From Candidatus Latescibacterota bacterium (GTDB lineage Bacteria; Latescibacterota; UBA2968; GCA-2709665), in the NCBI GenBank assembly GCA_963667175.2, contig CAXXXF010000002.1:256001-320000 (forward strand): a DNA stretch of 64,000 nucleotides, in the 5' to 3' direction. Below are positions 10,009 to 19,887 of the stretch, piece by piece. Each line of letters starts with the position of its first letter. The stretch's first letter is position 1. The position numbers and the translations under genes are program-made. The notes under the pieces were generated by a model. It did not search any database. It was not told the origin of the DNA and saw nothing but the letters and a program-made list of their open reading frames with translations.

Positions 10009-10701
10009 GTGACCGATGTGACTTCGGTGGAAAGCGCTATCCTCGTCCTGCGAGTGGATGTCCCGATGATGGGTCTGCGCCCGATGTGGGCGCGGGAGTA
10101 CCAAGAGACCTACCCCGCGCCGCCGCCCTCTACAATCTACGGCATGTTGCTTTCACTCGTTGGCGTTGAACGCCATAGAAAAGACAGGCACGTCGGTTTA
10201 CGCATTGCGCTCGCCCTAGCCGAAAATACAAAGGAGTCACTTTGGCAAAGGCGAGAAAAGGGGCGCATTTTCCGCAAGTTTCGTCGGGTGGCGCAAGCTA
10301 AGAAAAACGCGGATCCGCTGGCCGACCGTCGTCCAGACTACCAAGAGTTATTGCTTGGCTTGGAGTTCTGGCTGTGGATTGACGACTCGCAGGCGAGTCA
10401 CCCGCTATGCGATGAAATCCGCAAGGCGCTAGACCCTGAAAAGCGCGACGAAATCGTCCGCCACGGCGCACTATGCCTCGGCGAGTCCTCGCACATGGTC
10501 AATGAAGTCACGAAAGATCGCCCACATGGAAAAGGGAGCTTTGTGGCCCCGTGCGAAAAGGGGTTTCTTTCCATGCCGGTCTGGAGCGATTACAAAGAGA
10601 ATCGGCCTACCGTGCTCAATTTCGAGATTCGCGAGCCGGAGGAATTGACTGACAACCCACCCCCCGACTGCTGGATCACCGTTGCTCCGCGTGACGGGTA
10701 A
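10009..10701 (+). CDS. cas5: Cas5/DevS
   Basis: AREYQETYPAPPPSTIYGMLLSLVG and LCLGESSHMVN; GTG start inferred. Confidence 0.92.
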   Translation: MTDVTSVESAILVLRVDVPMMGLRPMWAREYQETYPAPPPSTIYGMLLSLVGVERHRKDRHVGLRIALALAENTKESLWQRREKGRIFRKFRRVAQAKKNADPLADRRPDYQELLLGLEFWLWIDDSQASHPLCDEIRKALDPEKRDEIVRHGALCLGESSHMVNEVTKDRPHGKGSFVAPCEKGFLSMPVWSDYKENRPTVLNFEIREPEELTDNPPPDCWITVAPRDG

Positions 10702-10705
10702 TTCT

Positions 10706-12376
10706 ATGAACGACACTTCCTCCACTTCATCCGCTGACCGTGACGATCATCCGATCATCCGCGTCATGGCGTTACATGCACTCGCTTACTGCGAGCGCCT
10801 TTTCTACCTGGAAGAGATCGAAGAAATCCGCGTTGCCGACCACCGCGTCCACGCCGGGCGCACCCTGCATGACTCCGAAGTAGATAAGAATCGCGAGTGG
10901 CAAAGTCTGGAGCTTTCCAGCGAGGTATGGGGCATTCGCGGCAAGGTGGATTTCGCCCGCTACCGCGACGGGCGACTCGTTGCGGTTGAGCACAAGAAGG
11001 GCCGTTCCAAAGGCGACGACGCTTGGGATAGCGACAAGCTCCAAGTTACCGCTTACGCCGTGCTCCTCTCCGAGCATTTCGGCAGGCCGGTTCCCGAAGG
11101 GCGCGTACGCTATCACGCCAGCAACAAGACGGTGCGCGTGGCCGTGGACGATACGGCCCTTGAGCGGTTGCGGCTCGCCGTGGCCCGTGCGCGGGAATTG
11201 TCGCTTTCCTTGGAACGTCCGCCGGTGACGGACAATGAAAACCTGTGCGCCAAGTGCTCGCTCGCGCCGGTGTGCTTGCCGGAGGAGTCGCGCTTGGCAG
11301 CCGTTGTTGATGCGGCTGACGATACCGCCAGCCTCTCGAAACCGCGACGCCTTTTTCCGAAAGACGACACACGGCGTGTTCTGCATGTGGTGGACCGAGA
11401 CGCGCAGGTCAGGCGTGCTGGTCTACAGTTCGTGGTCCGCAATTCCAAGGGTGAAGAAAGGAAGTTTCCCGGCATGGACGTCGGCGCCGTCATTCTGCAC
11501 GGAAGCGCGCAGATTACCTCTCAGGCCATTCAATTTGCCGCGGCTAACGACATCGCCGTGCACTGGATCAGCGGCGGTGGATGGTACGTCGGAGGCGTCG
11601 CGCCGCCCGCGGGCGCCCAGCGCCGTTTGCGCCAATATCAAGCATTGCAGGAAAGCGATTTGCGGTTGCGCCTCGCCCGTCGCCTGGCGGCGGCCAAAAT
11701 CGAAAACCAATTGCGTTTCATCAGTCGCCAGTCGCGCACTCGAAACGCACGCGATAAGGTAAAGTCCTATCTAAACGCCATGCGCAACGAGCTTCGGGAC
11801 GTGGGTGGTTGCACGGACCCAGGCGCTCTGCGCGGCTGCGAGGGCATTGCGGCCCGCAATTACTTTTCGGCTCTTGCCGAATTGCTGGATCCGGGGGAAG
11901 AGTCCATGGCGTTCTCTGGTCGCAGCCGTCGTCCGCCGCTCGACGGCTTCAACGCCGCACTTTCTTTTGGTTACGGCTTGCTATACAGGGAAGTCATGGC
12001 CGCGATCATTGCGGTCGGGCTGGATTCCACGATCGGGTTTTTTCACGCGGCACGCACCGCGGCCCATCCGCTGGCGCTGGATGTAATGGAGCTGTTTCGC
12101 ACGACGCTGTGGGACATGCCTCTGGTGGCGTCCGTCAACAGACGGCAATGGACCGAGGAGCATCTCGCGGTGAGCAAGAAGCAAGTGTGGCTTTCCGATG
12201 AGGGCAAGCGTTTGGCCGTACGTCTCTTTGAGCAACGAAAGCAGGAATCCTGGAAACACCCTGTGTTACAATATTCCCTGAGTTATGCTCGTGCCATTGA
12301 ACTGGAGGCGCGGCTTTTGGAAAAGGAATGGAATGGCGAGGAAGGGCTGTTTGCCCGTATGCGCCTGCGAGGATGA
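10706..12376 (+). CDS. cas1: Cas4/Cas1 fusion
   Basis: HALAYCERLFY, VEHKKG and CAKCSLAPVCLP (Cas4), then EG..ARNYF, NAALSFGY and LALDVMELFR (Cas1). Confidence 0.95.
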   Translation: MNDTSSTSSADRDDHPIIRVMALHALAYCERLFYLEEIEEIRVADHRVHAGRTLHDSEVDKNREWQSLELSSEVWGIRGKVDFARYRDGRLVAVEHKKGRSKGDDAWDSDKLQVTAYAVLLSEHFGRPVPEGRVRYHASNKTVRVAVDDTALERLRLAVARARELSLSLERPPVTDNENLCAKCSLAPVCLPEESRLAAVVDAADDTASLSKPRRLFPKDDTRRVLHVVDRDAQVRRAGLQFVVRNSKGEERKFPGMDVGAVILHGSAQITSQAIQFAAANDIAVHWISGGGWYVGGVAPPAGAQRRLRQYQALQESDLRLRLARRLAAAKIENQLRFISRQSRTRNARDKVKSYLNAMRNELRDVGGCTDPGALRGCEGIAARNYFSALAELLDPGEESMAFSGRSRRPPLDGFNAALSFGYGLLYREVMAAIIAVGLDSTIGFFHAARTAAHPLALDVMELFRTTLWDMPLVASVNRRQWTEEHLAVSKKQVWLSDEGKRLAVRLFEQRKQESWKHPVLQYSLSYARAIELEARLLEKEWNGEEGLFARMRLRG

Positions 12377-12657
12377 GCGAACGACACTGGTATCTCTTCA
12401 GTTACGATATCCGCGAACCCAAACGGTGGCGTCGTGTGCACAAGATTGTAAACGGATATGGGGAGCGGTTGCAGTATTCGGTATACCGATGTCACTTGAC
12501 GCGGGCACAGATGGAACAGGCGAGGCATGAGCTGGAGAAGGTGATGGGGGAAGACGACGACCTACTTGTGATTCGACTCTCCCATCGCTGCAAGATCGTC
12601 GAGCGGACCGAAAGCAGAACGTGGACGGAGCCGCCGCCCAGGTTCGATATCCTTTAG
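12373..12657 (+). CDS. cas2: Cas2
   Basis: YLFSYDIREPKRWRRV..GYGERLQYSVY. Confidence 0.95.
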   Translation: MSERHWYLFSYDIREPKRWRRVHKIVNGYGERLQYSVYRCHLTRAQMEQARHELEKVMGEDDDLLVIRLSHRCKIVERTESRTWTEPPPRFDIL

Positions 12658-12908
12658 TGTGCTTACTGGACGACAAGCACGTAAGGATGGACAAGAAGCC
12701 AATCGCGAGTAGCTCTGATATCACCCGTAATTTCAGTATGTTAGACAGGAAAACTCTACGATGAGATACTTGTCGCTTGTAAGTACCGAAAATATCACGA
12801 TTTATCTTGCAGGGAGGTCTAACGACATCGGAACGCAGGACATATACAGGGTAGTGCAGGACATGTCGGCGCATTTGTCCCTTAGAAACAATCAGTTACA
12901 CGGGTACT
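12658..12908 (+). promoter_or_regulatory. CRISPR leader
   Basis: AT-richer non-coding DNA between cas2 and repeat 1; IHF-like AAACAATCAGTTA at 12886-12898. Confidence 0.7.
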
Positions 12909-14961
12909 ACGCAGAAATCTTTGATGCCGAAAGGCGTTGAGCACTTCGAATGAGAATGACTCCACACGAAAAGATCATGAACGCAGAAATCTTTGATGCC
13001 GAAAGGCGTTGAGCACAAAGAAACATCGAAGACGTCCAGGCAAATGACCTTGACGCAGAAATCTTTGATGCCGAAAGGCGTTGAGCACGGGAATGTCATT
13101 GTGGATCGGCAGTGGTTGGTGTATACGCAGAAATCTTTGATGCCGAAAGGCGTTGAGCACTCGATCGGTTCGCCGTCGATCCAGATCCGGCGCGCCAGAC
13201 GCAGAAATCTTTGATGCCGAAAGGCGTTGAGCACCCGTTGCCTGTTCCACTGCGCTCCCCTTTCGCTGCCTACGCAGAAATCTTTGATGCCGAAAGGCGT
13301 TGAGCACCGCTCAGGAAGTCGATTGGCAACGTCGTAGAAGCACGCAGAAATCTTTGATGCCGAAAGGCGTTGAGCACAAGAACATCCAGTCCGCGTATCA
13401 GCACGATACATACGCAGAAATCTTTGATGCCGAAAGGCGTTGAGCACTTGCGCCTCTGCTGGTCCAGCCGCTGGCTCGTGAAGCACGCAGAAATCTTTGA
13501 TGCCGAAAGGCGTTGAGCACCTGGTTGCGCGTTCGCGGATCACACGCCAGGCCCGCCGACGCAGAAATCTTTGATGCCGAAAGGCGTTGAGCACATGGGA
13601 GTGGGCAAGAGGACAGCCCACCCCCATCACACGCAGAAATCTTTGATGCCGAAAGGCGTTGAGCACATACCGAGGGCATTCGCCGCTTCTCTTCCTGCGA
13701 GGTTACGCAGAAATCTTTGATGCCGAAAGGCGTTGAGCACAAGACATCTGGAATTTGAGCGGATTGACGCGGGCGACGCAGAAATCTTTGATGCCGAAAG
13801 GCGTTGAGCACTATCAGACGACGGCCGGCTCGAACACCTTTCCGAACGACGCAGAAATCTTTGATGCCGAAAGGCGTTGAGCACAGGAAAAATCAAATGT
13901 CTTTGTAATGAATGGTGGATACGCAGAAATCTTTGATGCCGAAAGGCGTTGAGCACTATCAGGAATTCAAGGAGCGATTTCTTGTCAATCAACGCAGAAA
14001 TCTTTGATGCCGAAAGGCGTTGAGCACAATGATGCAACACCCGGCGCAACAGGGGGAAGTTGCAAACGCAGAAATCTTTGATGCCGAAAGGCGTTGAGCA
14101 CATCATGGTTGTTCCCCTTGTATGTGTTTGTTGCGCTACGCAGAAATCTTTGATGCCGAAAGGCGTTGAGCACGCTTTAGCTGATGGTTCCCGTAGATGG
14201 GTAGAGATTGACGCAGAAATCTTTGATGCCGAAAGGCGTTGAGCACTCCGATTGCCAGTAGACAATCGACGGCGTTTCGATAACGCAGAAATCTTTGATG
14301 CCGAAAGGCGTTGAGCACTCACAATCGCGGCTGCCGGCGAATCGATCGGCTCGACGCAGAAATCTTTGATGCCGAAAGGCGTTGAGCACGTTAAGAGTTC
14401 GCGGAAAGCCTGCTTGGCCGCCACGCAGAAATCTTTGATGCCGAAAGGCGTTGAGCACCCGCGATCAACCTGGAAAACCGGCTGCGGGTCGACGCAGAAA
14501 TCTTTGATGCCGAAAGGCGTTGAGCACTTAGTTGTGTGGCAAGGGAATAAGCCCAAGCCCGAACGCAGAAATCTTTGATGCCGAAAGGCGTTGAGCACAT
14601 TGATTGCGAATTTCCACTTGATGCCCGCATCTTCGACGCAGAAATCTTTGATGCCGAAAGGCGTTGAGCACGTAAACAGCCTGGAAGATCATCCAGAATC
14701 AATACACTACGCAGAAATCTTTGATGCCGAAAGGCGTTGAGCACTCCGATTGCCAGTAGACAATCGACGGCGTTTCGATAACGCAGAAATCTTTGATGCC
14801 GAAAGGCGTTGAGCACGACCGCCCGCAGTTGCAGGACGGTGTCGCGCAGATCGACGCAGAAATCTTTGATGCCGAAAGGCGTTGAGCACAACCCACATCG
14901 CACACCATCTGTGCCTTTGTTGCCGACGCAGAAATCTTTGATGCCGAAAGGCGTTGAGCAC
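12909..14961 (+). CRISPR. CRISPR array: 29 repeats and 28 spacers (repeat A)
   Basis: 36-bp ACGCAGAAATCTTTGATGCCGAAAGGCGTTGAGCAC with 33-38 nt spacers; spacers 19 and 26 are identical. Confidence 0.98.
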
Positions 14962-14998
14962 CCAATGACCATGGCTTGTTCGATAGTGGGGTGAAATC

Positions 14999-15562
14999 TT
15001 GACGCAAAAGGAAATCATCGCACGTCGCCCAAGGCTCAAAGTTCCGGATGAATTTCAGGATGAATGGGTGACTTTGGCCGACGTCGGGTTCGACGGGGAG
15101 TGGGTATCGCCGATTCAGAAGAAATCGAACAGCAGGAAAGGTCCGGTACTCGTAGCGAAACACTGGTTCGATGCGGAATCCGTGAATCTGAATCGAAAAG
15201 TCCTCGAGTGCTTCGGGTATCTGCCCGGCAATCCGTTCAACCGCGCACTTGACCGGGTTCTTGCGTCTGTCGGTCTTGAGCGTGGGGACGTCTACATCAC
15301 GCAGGCGTGCCACTTCCTGCCGAAGAACGACAAGCGGAAGAGAGTGCCGTCCAAATTGATGAAGCTTTCCGTGGAGACGGTGACCCGCCATGAAGTTGAG
15401 GGTCGGCGGGTGATCGCCTTGGGTGGCGAGGCACAGATGGCCTTGACGCGTGCCAATATTGGCTTCCTGCCGTGCCCGCATCCGAGTTCATCGGTCGCTG
15501 GACGATTCGAGGAATTGGCAGAAGCGCTTCGCGATTCGGCGCCGTTCGTCAGCGCCAGTTAG
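14999..15562 (+). CDS. Uracil-DNA glycosylase superfamily protein
   Basis: DVYITQACHFLP, RRVIALGGEA and PHPS motifs; paralog at 20777. Confidence 0.7.
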   Translation: MTQKEIIARRPRLKVPDEFQDEWVTLADVGFDGEWVSPIQKKSNSRKGPVLVAKHWFDAESVNLNRKVLECFGYLPGNPFNRALDRVLASVGLERGDVYITQACHFLPKNDKRKRVPSKLMKLSVETVTRHEVEGRRVIALGGEAQMALTRANIGFLPCPHPSSSVAGRFEELAEALRDSAPFVSAS

Positions 15563-15564
15563 TG

Positions 15565-15772
15565 ATCTCCCCTCGCTTCGGCGGCCTGCCTGCGCAGCGG
15601 TGTGCGCTGCAGGCAGGGGGGAGCGGATTGAAACCTCTCCCCGATCCCGTCCTACGGATGCCGGTTGTCGTATCTCCCCTCGCTTCGGCGGCGGGAGCGG
15701 ATTGAAACTTGTGTGAGATGTCCTCAGGACAGTCGAGGCAGGATCTCCCCTCGCTACGGCGGGGGGAGCGGA
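15565..15772 (+). CRISPR. Mini-array of a second repeat family (repeat B): 3 repeats, 2 spacers
   Basis: ATCTCCCCTCGCTTCGGCGGCGGGAGCGGATTGAAAC (37 bp) at 15672-15708; the copy at 15565-15634 has a 33-bp insert and the copy at 15743 is degenerate; spacers are 37 and 34 nt. Confidence 0.85.
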
Positions 15773-15804
15773 ATTCCTTTAAAGGAACAAGAGGGAGTCA
15801 ACAC

Positions 15805-16740
15805 ATTAGGCGAATCGTACTCAGCCGCAAGGGATTCGACTCGAGCCGCAAGGGATTGGAATCGCCGAACGGCGGCGTGCCCAGTCCCATTTTCCCGGAC
15901 GGTCGAATCCTTTCCTTGCCTATTCCGACTCCCAGGCGCTATCCTCAATCTTCGAAACGGTTTGACGACATTGTGTGGGATGGTAGATCGCTATCTCCGC
16001 TCGTGGAGAGTCTTAGTAAAGTTAGAGGTGAGTGTTGGTGCCACTTGGATCCGGATATTCGAGCAGATGCGATCCAACGGCAACCTGGATGGCGGCCGGC
16101 GTTCGGACAGGTTGATGGATCTCAATCCCAATTGGCCAATCAGGAAGTCTCTCAGGGCGACCTGTTCCTGTTTTTTGGTACATTCCGGCGTGTCGAAGAT
16201 GATGGCAGTGGAGGTTGGCGTTACGTCAGAACCGCACCGAAAGTCCATATGCTTTTTGGCTGGTTACAAGTGCAGGAGGTTTTGTCGTTTCGTACTAATG
16301 CCGACTACGACCGGGCACTTTGCAAGTATCCGTGGCTGTCGGACCACCCACATCTCCACAGATCATTTACGGAACGTGCCCACAGTCTTCGCAAGCTTCC
16401 GAACAACACCGTCTACCTGTCGAACCCGAAGCTCAATATACGGGGAATAGACCTACCGGGAGGTGGCGTATTTCAGAGTGAACACGGCCGTATCGTATTG
16501 ACTGATCCAGAGGAGGTTGGAAAAGGAGCACCCTGTCGGCCTTCGTACTGGAGGCTGCCCGAGTGGTTCTGGCCGGACAGCGATTATCGCCGGTTACGAC
16601 GCAAAGTCATGTTGCGGCGGCGCGACACGGAGTGGATCCATGTCGCCTCGGGAGGTAGGGGACAGGAGTTCGTAGTTGACGTACACGACGTCTCAGATGC
16701 CGCAAACAAGTGGGTGCGCAATCTGTTCGAAGATGCTTGA
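15805..16740 (+). CDS. Nmad3-like (nucleotide-modification-associated) protein
   Basis: IVLSRKGFDS..GGVPSPIFPDG..LSLPIP, CHLDPD, GDLFLFFG; start uncertain (ATT at 15805 after an SD, or in-frame TTG/ATG inside the mini-array). Confidence 0.7.
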   Translation: MRRIVLSRKGFDSSRKGLESPNGGVPSPIFPDGRILSLPIPTPRRYPQSSKRFDDIVWDGRSLSPLVESLSKVRGECWCHLDPDIRADAIQRQPGWRPAFGQVDGSQSQLANQEVSQGDLFLFFGTFRRVEDDGSGGWRYVRTAPKVHMLFGWLQVQEVLSFRTNADYDRALCKYPWLSDHPHLHRSFTERAHSLRKLPNNTVYLSNPKLNIRGIDLPGGGVFQSEHGRIVLTDPEEVGKGAPCRPSYWRLPEWFWPDSDYRRLRRKVMLRRRDTEWIHVASGGRGQEFVVDVHDVSDAANKWVRNLFEDA

Positions 16741-16767
16741 GCGGCACCAAGAGTCCGAGAGGTCGCG

Positions 16768-16803
16768 GCGCAGAAATCTTTGATGCCGAAAGGCGTTGAG
16801 CAC
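16768..16803 (+). CRISPR. Solitary repeat A
   Basis: 35/36 match to the array repeat, 1.8 kb downstream of the array. Confidence 0.92.
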
Positions 16804-16957
16804 GTGATAAAAGAGGCGAGTTGCGATTCTTGGCGATGCAGGCGTCTGGAATTTGAGGGATTGTAGTGGGTGATAGATCGTCTTTCCTGTGGAGTTTACC
16901 GTTCAATAAGAATCAGTCGATCCACGCAATGCAGTCTTAGTGATAAGGGGGGAGCCA

Positions 16958-17116
16958 ATGTCGACACACAAGCTGGAGATCGTACAGGTACTGGAAAAGT
17001 ATCCTGACGGGGCGCTGGTCGAGGAGTTGATGAAAGAAAGGCGGCGGATAAGGAAGTCCGAGACCGGATTGACGCTGCTCGCGTTTTTGCCCGCCAGTGG
17101 GACATCGTACGGGTAG
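16958..17116 (+). CDS. Small hypothetical protein (52 aa), possibly a remnant
   Basis: GGGGGAG SD then ATG; MSTHKLEIVQVLEKYPDGALVEELMKE... Confidence 0.4.
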   Translation: MSTHKLEIVQVLEKYPDGALVEELMKERRRIRKSETGLTLLAFLPASGTSYG

Positions 17117-17198
17117 ACCATTGTACTTTTCAACTGATGCTGTGAATTGGCAGGTGCGTCACCGTTAGGTAACCATGCACAGGTATTGTGCCCACTAA

Positions 17199-17286
17199 GG
17201 AGCGGTTTGAAATATCAAAACTCCAATGCAGGTGTTCAGTGACCCGTGGGAAATCGAGAATCTTCCATCAGAACAAGGATTGAAAA
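17199..17286 (+). CRISPR. Hybrid unit: repeat-B 3' remnant, 36-nt spacer, repeat C
   Basis: GGAGCGGTTTGAAAT, a spacer 30/36 identical to 23565-23600, then ...GAGAATCTTCCATCAGAACAAGGATTGAAA. Confidence 0.7.
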
Positions 17287-17503
17287 TACCCGTGGACAGG
17301 GTCTATTGATTCACTACAGAAGGCTTAGAAAGTACGAACGGTCTGGTTCCTGACGACGCTTTATGCTTAAAGTGCGGAGCAATCGGTTACGGTCAGTGCA
17401 CATGCCCTACACCGGCCCATTGCTGCGACTGAACGGCTCCAGGGGATCTACATTGCACCTGTGCCGTAGGACAGGGACCCGTGTGGTCAGACGAGGAGTA
17501 AAT

Positions 17504-18094
17504 ATGCTGATTTTAATTCTGCTCTCCGTGGGCTTAGCCCAGGCGGAGCTGCCAGAAGGTTTTTCTACCTGGGACTTGTCGATCAAAAAGGATCCCATCG
17601 AAGAAACGACAACTATACGGCTGACCCTGCATGGTGAGGCATTGGTGTATGTTAAGGGTCAGCGATATGGTAGAGAGTATGATCATTTTGGGGCGATCTC
17701 CTTTAGTTGTCATTTGTCCAGATATGCAAGCACAGTAGAAATGGGTGTATTGACCCATAAATCGTTCATATATGGTGTAGAGGAAGGGGACGCGGTGGAG
17801 CCAGCGTTCATGATTATGCGATATGATAGTAAAACGCCGAAGAAGATATTCGGATGGAAAACGACAAGGGTGAAAGGTCGGGATCTGCTTCTACCACCTG
17901 AGGGATTTATGAACGCATTCGTAGATACATTACGTAAAGGCGGACATTATGAATTGTTGTTAAGATCGGAATCGCCGTTTACTGGTAAGCGATGGACAAT
18001 GAAATTTAACGTCACTCACAGTAGACGAAACGTGATGAACTTTCTTAGAAAGTGTAAGGCTCACCGGAGGGATGATCACGGCTACAACTACTGA
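17504..18094 (+). CDS. Secreted hypothetical protein
   Basis: GAGGAG SD; signal peptide MLILILLSVGLAQA; lower GC. Confidence 0.7.
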   Translation: MLILILLSVGLAQAELPEGFSTWDLSIKKDPIEETTTIRLTLHGEALVYVKGQRYGREYDHFGAISFSCHLSRYASTVEMGVLTHKSFIYGVEEGDAVEPAFMIMRYDSKTPKKIFGWKTTRVKGRDLLLPPEGFMNAFVDTLRKGGHYELLLRSESPFTGKRWTMKFNVTHSRRNVMNFLRKCKAHRRDDHGYNY

Positions 18095-18188
18095 GCATTT
18101 GAATAGCGCCATATTTCTTCCTGCTCAAGCAGTTGAAGATATAGAGAAGGATGATTGGTATCGCGGACACCTGCGAACGCGCACGTAA

Positions 18189-18225
18189 CCCGTTGAGAAT
18201 CTTCCATCGGAACAAGGGTAGAAAC
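18189..18225 (+). CRISPR. Solitary repeat C
   Basis: CCCGTTGAGAATCTTCCATCGGAACAAGGGTAGAAAC. Confidence 0.7.
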
Positions 18226-18280
18226 TTGCCCAAACCAGAAAACGGGCGACAAAGTAGCTGATGGGGCTCTCTACTTAGAT

Positions 18281-18598
18281 TTGGACGGTGGAGAATTAGG
18301 CAAAACGGTCTTGTCCGTCGAAGGCGGAAACATCCGACCGTCGGATTTACAAGACCTGCAAGGGGTGTTACATTCCGATCCAGATGCCCGCCTTTCCGGT
18401 TTCCTTTCGTTGAATGAACCCACAAAGGCAATGGGAAAGGCTGTCAGTTCAGATGGACAATGGAGTTACAAGGGCGAGACCTACGACAAAATTCAGTTGC
18501 TCACCGTTCGTGACGTGGTCGACGGGAAGCGGTTGTTCCAGACGCCTACCAGCCTGAAATACAAGGATTACCACTTGCAGGAAACGATCCGGTTTTAG
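18281..18598 (+). pseudogene. C-terminal fragment of an Mrr-like restriction endonuclease domain (as found in MTase-REase fusions)
   Basis: SVEGGNIRPSDLQDLQG..GFLSLNEPTKAM..YDKIQLLTV resembles that domain; N-terminal part missing. Confidence 0.55.
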
Positions 18599-18686
18599 AT
18601 CTCCAATTCGGGAAGAAGACATATGCGACCGAATCTCGCGCAGGTCAAGTCGTTTATTCTATCCGAGTTTCCTGAGTTACTGCCAG

Positions 18687-18944
18687 ATGGCCATTGAAGA
18701 CGGATGGTCTTTTTTCTATAAAGAGATAAGAAAAGGACGCGACTCCACCCGAATCGCCCGCGTCAAGCAGGCGAGCTCAAACAGTAAAATAGATTTCAAA
18801 CCTGCTGTTACTGCCAGAATAACGGGAGATGAACGATTGAGGGTTGAGATAACAACTGACTGGGAGAACGAGATTCGCAACGTAACCGAACGGGAGTTGG
18901 AACTTTGGGAGTGCCATTTCGGGAAACAGGATTGGCAATTTTAA
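18687..18944 (+). CDS. Hypothetical protein, possibly frameshifted from an ATG near 18623
   Basis: ORF with plausible composition; a short upstream ORF has an SD-like sequence. Confidence 0.4.
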   Translation: MAIEDGWSFFYKEIRKGRDSTRIARVKQASSNSKIDFKPAVTARITGDERLRVEITTDWENEIRNVTERELELWECHFGKQDWQF

Positions 18945-18990
18945 ACCCAAAACGCACCAGCCCGTCTCTTAATTTCGTCCTGCGCGCGTG

Positions 18991-19028
18991 ATTTCCCCTC
19001 GCTTCGGCGGGGCACGAGGGATTGAAGC
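18991..19028 (+). CRISPR. Solitary degenerate repeat B
   Basis: ATTTCCCCTCGCTTCGGCGGGGCACGAGGGATTGAAGC. Confidence 0.7.
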
Positions 19029-19153
19029 TAGTCCACGGGGGCGATCCGTAAGGGTATCGGGTCGCCCCCTACGTGGTGCGTGGGCTGAAAAAGCGCCGCC
19101 ACGCTTATTTACAGGTAACCCGTTTCCACTCCATACTTCGACAAGGAGGTCCG

Positions 19154-19741
19154 ATGGACACGAGTGAATTGTACGAATTTAGCCAGGGTCTGGAGTCGCT
19201 GATCCGAAAACCGACCGATCTGCGACCCTTCGTATGTGAGGGTTCGCCTCTTGCATGTGATGCGTTCCTCGTGGGTATCAATCCCGCGAGCGAAATGTCG
19301 GATGACTTCTGGGATTTCTGGTCGGACAGTTATGGATTCGACAAGAGCGCGTGGTTTGAGAAGTACAAGGAGGAGCGAAGAACTCGCCCGCTGAAACTCG
19401 GAAGGAAGAGAAGGAATGAAGTAAGCAACACACGCAGAATCATCGAGGAGGTCGTTTTGGGCGCCAATCCCGTCAAATGTCTTGAGACGAACATATACGC
19501 GAAAGCGACGAAACAGGCATCGGACCTGGACGAGCAAAACAGAATCACGGCGCCCTTCGACTATCTCTTGCGCGAGATAGCGCCGAAGTTGGTGATTGCC
19601 CACGGCAAGGACGCTGCCGAGTACCTGCAAGCGCAGGACCTACCGTGCAAACTCAGGTGTGTCAAACATTTCCGACTCTGGTCCAAGCAGAACGCGCGAG
19701 ATCTAGGGTTGAGTATTCGCAGGTATTGTGAGGGAGAGTAG
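19154..19741 (+). CDS. Divergent UDG-superfamily protein
   Basis: FLVGINPA motif 1, LETNIY, PKLVIAHGKDA, C-terminal KHF; AGGAGG SD. Confidence 0.6.
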   Translation: MDTSELYEFSQGLESLIRKPTDLRPFVCEGSPLACDAFLVGINPASEMSDDFWDFWSDSYGFDKSAWFEKYKEERRTRPLKLGRKRRNEVSNTRRIIEEVVLGANPVKCLETNIYAKATKQASDLDEQNRITAPFDYLLREIAPKLVIAHGKDAAEYLQAQDLPCKLRCVKHFRLWSKQNARDLGLSIRRYCEGE

Positions 19742-19887
19742 CGGGACCGCGCGTGAAAACCCGCCTCGGGTTCACAGCCCATTCGCTTCGCCGGTTGACG
19801 TCCAAAGTCGCTAGGCGAGCCACGCCCGCTGAGATTCCTGCATAAGTAACGAGGTTTGACCGGAACGAAGGATGAAGGGGTCTATGG

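Noticed and set aside
4238-12657. cas operon as a novel subtype or CAST
   Set aside because: Matches the known Myxan-type I-B layout with intact Cas3; no Tn7 genes; the IS110 is an independent insertion
12896-15039. Long repetitive ORFs (LNAFRHQRFLR, CSTPFGIKDFC)
   Set aside because: Translations of the CRISPR repeat
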